Below, in pieces: positions 58,101 to 64,000 of a stretch of 64,000 bases of DNA. Below the pieces are notes generated by a model. That model ran no database searches. It was not told where the DNA came from and saw only the letters and a list, made by a program, of their open reading frames with translations. Position numbers and translations under genes: made by a program. Position 1 is the first letter of the stretch; each line of letters opens with the position of its first letter. This DNA is from Chrysomallon squamiferum. Taxonomy: Eukaryota > Animalia > Mollusca. The stretch spans positions 434,001 to 498,000 of the forward strand of contig CM022677.1 in NCBI GenBank assembly GCA_012295275.1, read 5' to 3'.

Positions 58101-59314
58101 GACAGCTTGGATTTGGAGAATGGAATCCCACAGGGTTCAGTTATCGCCCCTACTCTTTTGAGCATTTTTATTAATGACCTAGCACATACTCTAGCCACTA
58201 ACTCGAAAACTGCAACTAAGCTTAGTATAGGACTATTTGCGGATGATACTGCCTTTTGGCGTGCTGGAAACTGTCTTAAACAAATCAAAACAGATATGCA
58301 AAAAGACTTAAATAACTTAAAGTCACTATCTCCCAATCCAAGACTGTCACCATAACCTTTGGGAGAAACGCTAACAAGAAACACAATACAATAGACCTTC
58401 ATTACAACAAAACAAAAATCCCACAAGTAAACGCCGTCAAATTCCTGGGAGTCACCTTTGACAGGTGCCTTACCTTCAAACAACACATGACCAACACACT
58501 CAACACATGCACAAAATACATGAATTTACTGAACGTGCTTTCGAACGCCAAATGGGGAGCTGACAGAAAATCTCTCTTGATGGTGTTCGAAGCACTAGTA
58601 GTGTCAAGACTCCAGTATGGGTCCCAGGCGTTCAGCGTGTGTCTGAATACCAACTAAACCGACTGGACACGGTATACAACAAGGCACTAAGAATTGTTGC
58701 CAGGGTCTTCCCAGACACACCGACGGATAGTCTGTTTGTGGAACCCGACGCAGCACACAGTGTCTCAAACACTGGTTCAAAATCAAAAATCTAATCCCCA
58801 CCCATCCCATAAACACAGTAATCCCAAACAGCCTACCCTACATCAACGACAGAGAAGCATCACTTGACATCACACACAGGACAGCAAACAGACTAAACCT
58901 ACAGGACCTAGAACTCGAAAACAACCCTCCACCCTCAGAACCCCCATGGACAATAAAACAACTAGACATACCTCTAACGCTTAGACAGGAAGTATCGAAG
59001 ACGGAACACGACCCATTTAAAAACGTAATTTTTAGAGCAGCATTAAGCGACCACTACTCGGACTTCATACAGGTCTATACAGACGGCTCCAAAGACCCTC
59101 TAACGGGAAGAACAGGCATGGCCTTTCATGTCAGGCAGGAATTACCCGACCCACCCTTCAACTACAGAGGTAGACTGACCAACAACCTATCCGTCTTTAC
59201 TACGGAACTAATAGCTATTCTCTCAGCACTTAAATGGGTTCTAACTCAAACTTATGTTACAAACACGAAAAAGAAATACCTCATACTGACTGACTCCCTC
59301 AGCTCATTGCATCT

Positions 59315-59990
59315 CCAAAAACATACAACAACGCGACGCTAGCAAAAACAAAAACATACAACAACGCGACGCTAGCAAAAACAAAAACATACAACAACGC
59401 GACGCTAACAACATCAAAAACATACAACAACGCGACGCTAGCAACAACAAAAACATACAACAACGCGACGCTAACAACAACAAAAACATACAACAACGCG
59501 ACGCTAACAACAACAAAAACATACAACAACGCGACGCTAACAACAACAACGCGACGCTAACAACAACAAAAACATACAACAACGCGACGCTAACAACAAC
59601 AAAAACATACAACAACGCGACGCTAACAACAACAAAAAAATACAACAACGCGACGCTAACAACAACAAAAACATACAAGGCGACGCTAACAACAACAAAA
59701 AAATACAACAACGCGACGCTAACAACAACAAAAACATACAACAACGCGACGCTAACGACAACAAAAACATACAACTCGACGCTAACAACAACAAAAACAT
59801 ACAACAACGCGACTCTAACAACAACAAAAACATACAACAACGCGACGCTAACAACAACAAAAACATACAACAATGCGACGCTAACAACAACAAAAACATA
59901 CAACAACGCGACGCTAACAACAACAAAAAAATACAACAACGCGACGCTAACAACAACAAAAACATACAACAACGCGACGCTAACAACTCC
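59315..59990 (+). repeat. 33-bp tandem array (about 20 copies) derived from the LINE 3'UTR
   Basis: Unit AACAACAACAAAAACATACAACAACGCGACGCT; a single related unit lies at about 42474-42500 in the other LINE copy. Confidence 0.97.
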
Positions 59991-60662
59991 AAAAATGTAC
60001 CCGACACGATGACACTACGAGTTTTTTTTAGTTTTTGTTCTCCTTCTTTCCTCTCTCTCTCGTTATATAATAGTAAAAACTAAGTAAATAAATAAATAAA
60101 TAAATAAACAAATAAATAAAAAATATAAATAAATAAAACCCCTCAAACAATGCCCAATGCATATATATATGTATATATGTGTATGTTTATGTGTATGTAT
60201 GTATATAGGTATATATATGTATATATGTGTATATGTATGTATGTATATGGGTGTGTATATATGCATATCTACTGCACCCTTTTCGATCTTATTAACTAAA
60301 AACCACTCAAAGGTTTATTCCAAATTGCCCACTTAAAATGCACCTTCACCGTCCCCGTCCCTTTCACCTTCCCTTCCCCTTCCCCTTCCCCTCTCCTGTC
60401 CAGGAACCCATCCCTGGAGATCCCAGAGATCCGATCCGTGATAGGCGTGCCTGAACTTTGAATTGGACGTGGGCACGTAAAAAGAGTTTCCATTCCATTC
60501 CATTCTTTGATCAGTGCCCTTCTTGAGAGTCTCTGTCAACACAATACAAATGAAAACGCAGACAATGGTAATTATGTTTTAATGTTTTGTATATGTAATA
60601 TACATCTTGAATGATTGAAGATGGGTAAATCTATTACTGTTGAATTTTTCAAAGGGTTATTA

Positions 60663-60983
60663 TTTTTTAAATTAGCATAGACTAATAATACTGACAGCAA
60701 GAAAACATTATCCTATAAAAATATAGTTATTGATACACCAATTTCTGTTTTCGATTAATGCAATGTCTCACAAAAGACTGAGGACCCACAATATGCCGTT
60801 TTCGAAACGTACAGTAAATAAAAATTATATATTTATTTGCAATCCTATTTATAATATATTATATAGAAATGTTTCTATATATTTTATCCCAAAACTGCCA
60901 TTATTTATAAATACTCTTGTAAAGTAGAGTCATACAATTTTTTCTTTTAAATTTCATTTTCTTGTATTCATTTTGTTACATAT

Positions 60984-61026
<43 letters not shown>

Positions 61027-61678
61027 TTTGGCACATATTAAGATGGGGAGAACTGATCCCACTTCATTTCATACCAGATCTGAAAAACACAAAAGTGGTA
61101 ATTCTCTCGAAGCCCAGCAGACGATATACACATGATGTTGCCATGATACCAGAACTTCTCCATTTAGGTATTTCACTGTTTGTCTGAATGTCTGTAAAAA
61201 TTACATACGATTTGTAAACATTAGTTTATTAGTTATGTAAAATGCCCTCGTCGCAGATTTGAGATTCCTGCTTCTTTTTTTTTGTGACTTTATCAATATT
61301 TTGTAACAACTTTTGGACACCAAATGGATTATCGAAACGAGTTAAATCGAACAAACAAACAACAACAAAGATAGTACATAATAATAAGGACAAAATTATA
61401 AGGCAAACCAGTTTTCGTTTTGTGTCGTATTCCATCAGCAAAGATTGTATTTTCTATGCAGCTATATTTAAAAAAACTAAAAATAAAAACAACTTTCACT
61501 GCTATTCAGCTTGGTACGGTCTGAGAACCTGATTAGTGCCTCTTTGGCAGACTTGTTTTTAATTGTAATTTTGTTTTCTTTGAAGTGGTATTAAAAGCTT
61601 CAAAGTAAATTCAGAAAGGCTATCTGCAGAGCTGTAGCTATTGGTGTATAGGTAGCGGCACGCGTTTTGAACGAGATC
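60663..61678 (+). pseudogene. LigB/MEMO-fold gene copy E: intron 1 remnant, exon 2 (61043-61167) and internally deleted intron 2
   Basis: Exon 2 reads WGELIPLHFIPDLKNTKVVILSKPSRRYTHDVAMIPELLHL with both splice sites; it has no exon 1 of its own. Confidence 0.85.
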
Positions 61679-64000
61679 GAATATCTCACAACAGACTCTC
61701 CACCGTGATGGTCGACATGGTGCAAGCCCGGAAGAGAAGCTGTGAAGAATACTAATATTGAATTAATATAGAATTGTCTATATATTTAAAAAATCTAAGT
61801 ATATTTTAAAAAAAACAAAGAAACAATAACAACAAAACAACAACAACCCATACATTTACACAACAAACATGGCAACAAAAAACATGAACATTTACAGCTG
61901 AGGAACAGATAATTCAGACATGGAAAGTAGAGTTCCAAAACGACCCAGGGACAGGAGCCCTAGCTCCGTCGAAAAAACACACAACAAAAAACAAAAGAAA
62001 AAAAAACGACGACACAGTCCAACACACACATTCGGACACAGAAGTAACAGAAGAACAAAAAATTATCAACAGAAATCTACACATTTTGGCAAGGCTACGG
62101 GAAACAGACACGGAAGACGAAAGCGAACAAAACGCTTGGAAAATAATTAAAAGAAAAAAACAAAACATACCCACAGCCGAACCATCATTGCAATACACAG
62201 AAAAAACCACTCAAACATCGACAAAAAGATGGTGAAGTTGCGCTACTTACAAGAAGCACAAATACACATTATTGATAAAACAACAAAAGTGAACAATAAT
62301 CAAACGGAAAAGAAATCTACTTCGAAGTAGATACAAAAACACTAAAAACAATCGGTCCCAACATTACCATCTGGGACGAAACATTTGTTGTCAGAGTTTT
62401 ACCAAAAATAATCCCTGACACAAAACAGACACAGAAAAAAACACCCACACCACAACCCAGAAAAACACTGCTCACACAACAGCAGCCAAAACAACTACAA
62501 AACAACAACAACATCAACCTAAACAAACAACAAAAGCAAAAGATACAACAATATAGAAATAAATTTCAAAATATTTGGGTTTTTATTACCCCTATTCAAA
62601 CAAACTAGATTTCTTTGAAATGTTTATCAAAGAACTAGTACAACAAACAAATTCAAAACTAGTCGGTGTGGAAATGTGGAAAAAGCCAAATTACTGGACC
62701 ACACTGATATTTAATAGCAAATTAACGAACACAACCATCACCACTGATGGCTACAAATATACACTGGCAGAAATGAGGCCGCAGTTTCCCAAGTGCGGCC
62801 ACTGTCAGAAATGGGGGCACATGACAAACCAGTGCACCCACAGACACAACCCGAAAGATTTAACGTGTAGTTTCTGCAGTGGAAATCATCACAGAAACTC
62901 AGGCCTATGCCGGTCTCTGGCAAAATGCGCCAATTGCCAGGGGCCACACGAATCACACTACAAGATGTGCCCAGCCAAGATAAAAGCAAACAACAACTTT
63001 GAACACAACAGGAGAGACAACAAAATCTTACAAAATATCAACAAAAAATGCCAGAAAATGGAACAAAAAACCAAAACCATCATGGAAAAAATGGACCAAC
63101 ACAACAACAAACCGACAGACAATCTGGACAAGAAGGTCAGGATCGCAGAAATCCACAAAATCATTGTCTGCCTCTTGATAGAGCTTCAAAACATCAGAAC
63201 CAATCAAGGAAACGGCAATGGCGACGCCAGTTTGGAACACACAGTAGTATAATAATTGAAGACTGCCTGGGCTTCAAAATACACACAAACGACAAAAGAC
63301 TAAAACTATACACAGACAGGAGAAATTCCACAAACACCAAACAACAGTGAACAAAAACAAAACAAAACAAACAGTAACAGCCATTTACAAACTCTTCACG
63401 ATAAGCACACAAGAACACAGGCCTCTTCGTTCTTCAATGAACGCTAAAGGCTTCACTCAACAGGCCACGGAGACGAATTACTACACTTCCTGGCCTCCAC
63501 TACAAACACACCGGACATAATATGTATTCAAGAAACATGGCTGGGACATTTCAACAAAAACAACAAAACAACAAAAACCTTTAAGGTCCCCGGGTACCAA
63601 AGTCATTACGTCAACAGATACAACAGCACCCGGGGAGACATCATGACTCTCCTCAAACAAGACATTCCACACACCAAGCTGAACCAAGCCAAAGTTCACG
63701 CCAACATAGAAATACTAAGTGTCACAATACACAACAACAATCAAAACATCGACATCATTAACGTATACAGCCCACCCATTCCAGCACTACACACCATTCA
63801 AACCCACGACTTAAACAAAATGATCACAACAAATAACAATGTCATTATAGTGGGCGATATCAACTGTCACAACACCCAACAGCTACAGGCCGATCACGCT
63901 GACGTCACACATTTGCAAAACATTGGAAACAATGATCAACACACGCCTGATCAACACAGCATTTAAACGACAACAATTTAATCAGCAAATTTCAAAGCGG
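61679..64000 (+). mobile_element. Second, diverged I-group LINE subfamily: 5'UTR, frameshifted ORF1 and start of the APE domain; runs off the window
   Basis: CGHCQKWGH, CSFCSGNH, CANCQGPH; HGDEL..PDIICIQETW, INVYSPP, IIVGDIN. Little visible nucleotide similarity to the LINEs in copies B and D. Confidence 0.88.

Larger units (their letters stand above)
52396..60503 (+). mobile_element. Near full-length degenerate I-group (Nimb-like) LINE with 8-bp TSD TCTTTGAT (52388-52395 and 60504-60511) and (CCATT)n tail
   Basis: 5'UTR 52396-53232; ORF1 from ATG 53233 with CAQCQRWGH, CFRCGGRH, CANCNDRH; ORF2 from about 56131 with QWNAKG, FADD, YTDGSK. The second half of RNase H is replaced by a 33-bp array. 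The empty site is visible in copies A and C. Confidence 0.95.

Noticed and set aside
59299-60007. Hydrophobic repeat ORFs on the minus strand
   Set aside because: They are the antisense reading of the 33-bp array.

Overview
AT-rich, microsatellite-laden animal genomic DNA with GT-AG introns and a 200-N gap at 24208-24407. The 5S rRNA and the TRIM/NHL content suggest a mollusc or other lophotrochozoan (inference). The left part (1-26 kb) holds a frameshifted NHL beta-propeller exon, a small inverted-repeat element enclosing a Penelope-type RT scrap, an L1/Tx1 remnant, a decayed EGF-repeat pseudogene, a possible TRIM remnant and several minisatellites. The right part (26-64 kb) is a tandem array of five copies (A-E) of a 4-exon gene for a predicted secreted LigB/MEMO-fold protein. 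Only copy C is complete and open (308 aa). Copy A is broken by a LINE fragment and an orphan 5S rDNA block with one intact 5S gene and two cassettes lacking the gene. In copies B, D and E the same intron-2 site (GAACGAGATCTCTTTGATCAGTGCC) is occupied by I-group (Nimb-like) non-LTR retrotransposons of two distinct subfamilies; the site is empty in A and C. This is the best candidate for a novel system: a possibly target-specific I-group LINE lineage. All identities quoted are by-eye estimates.
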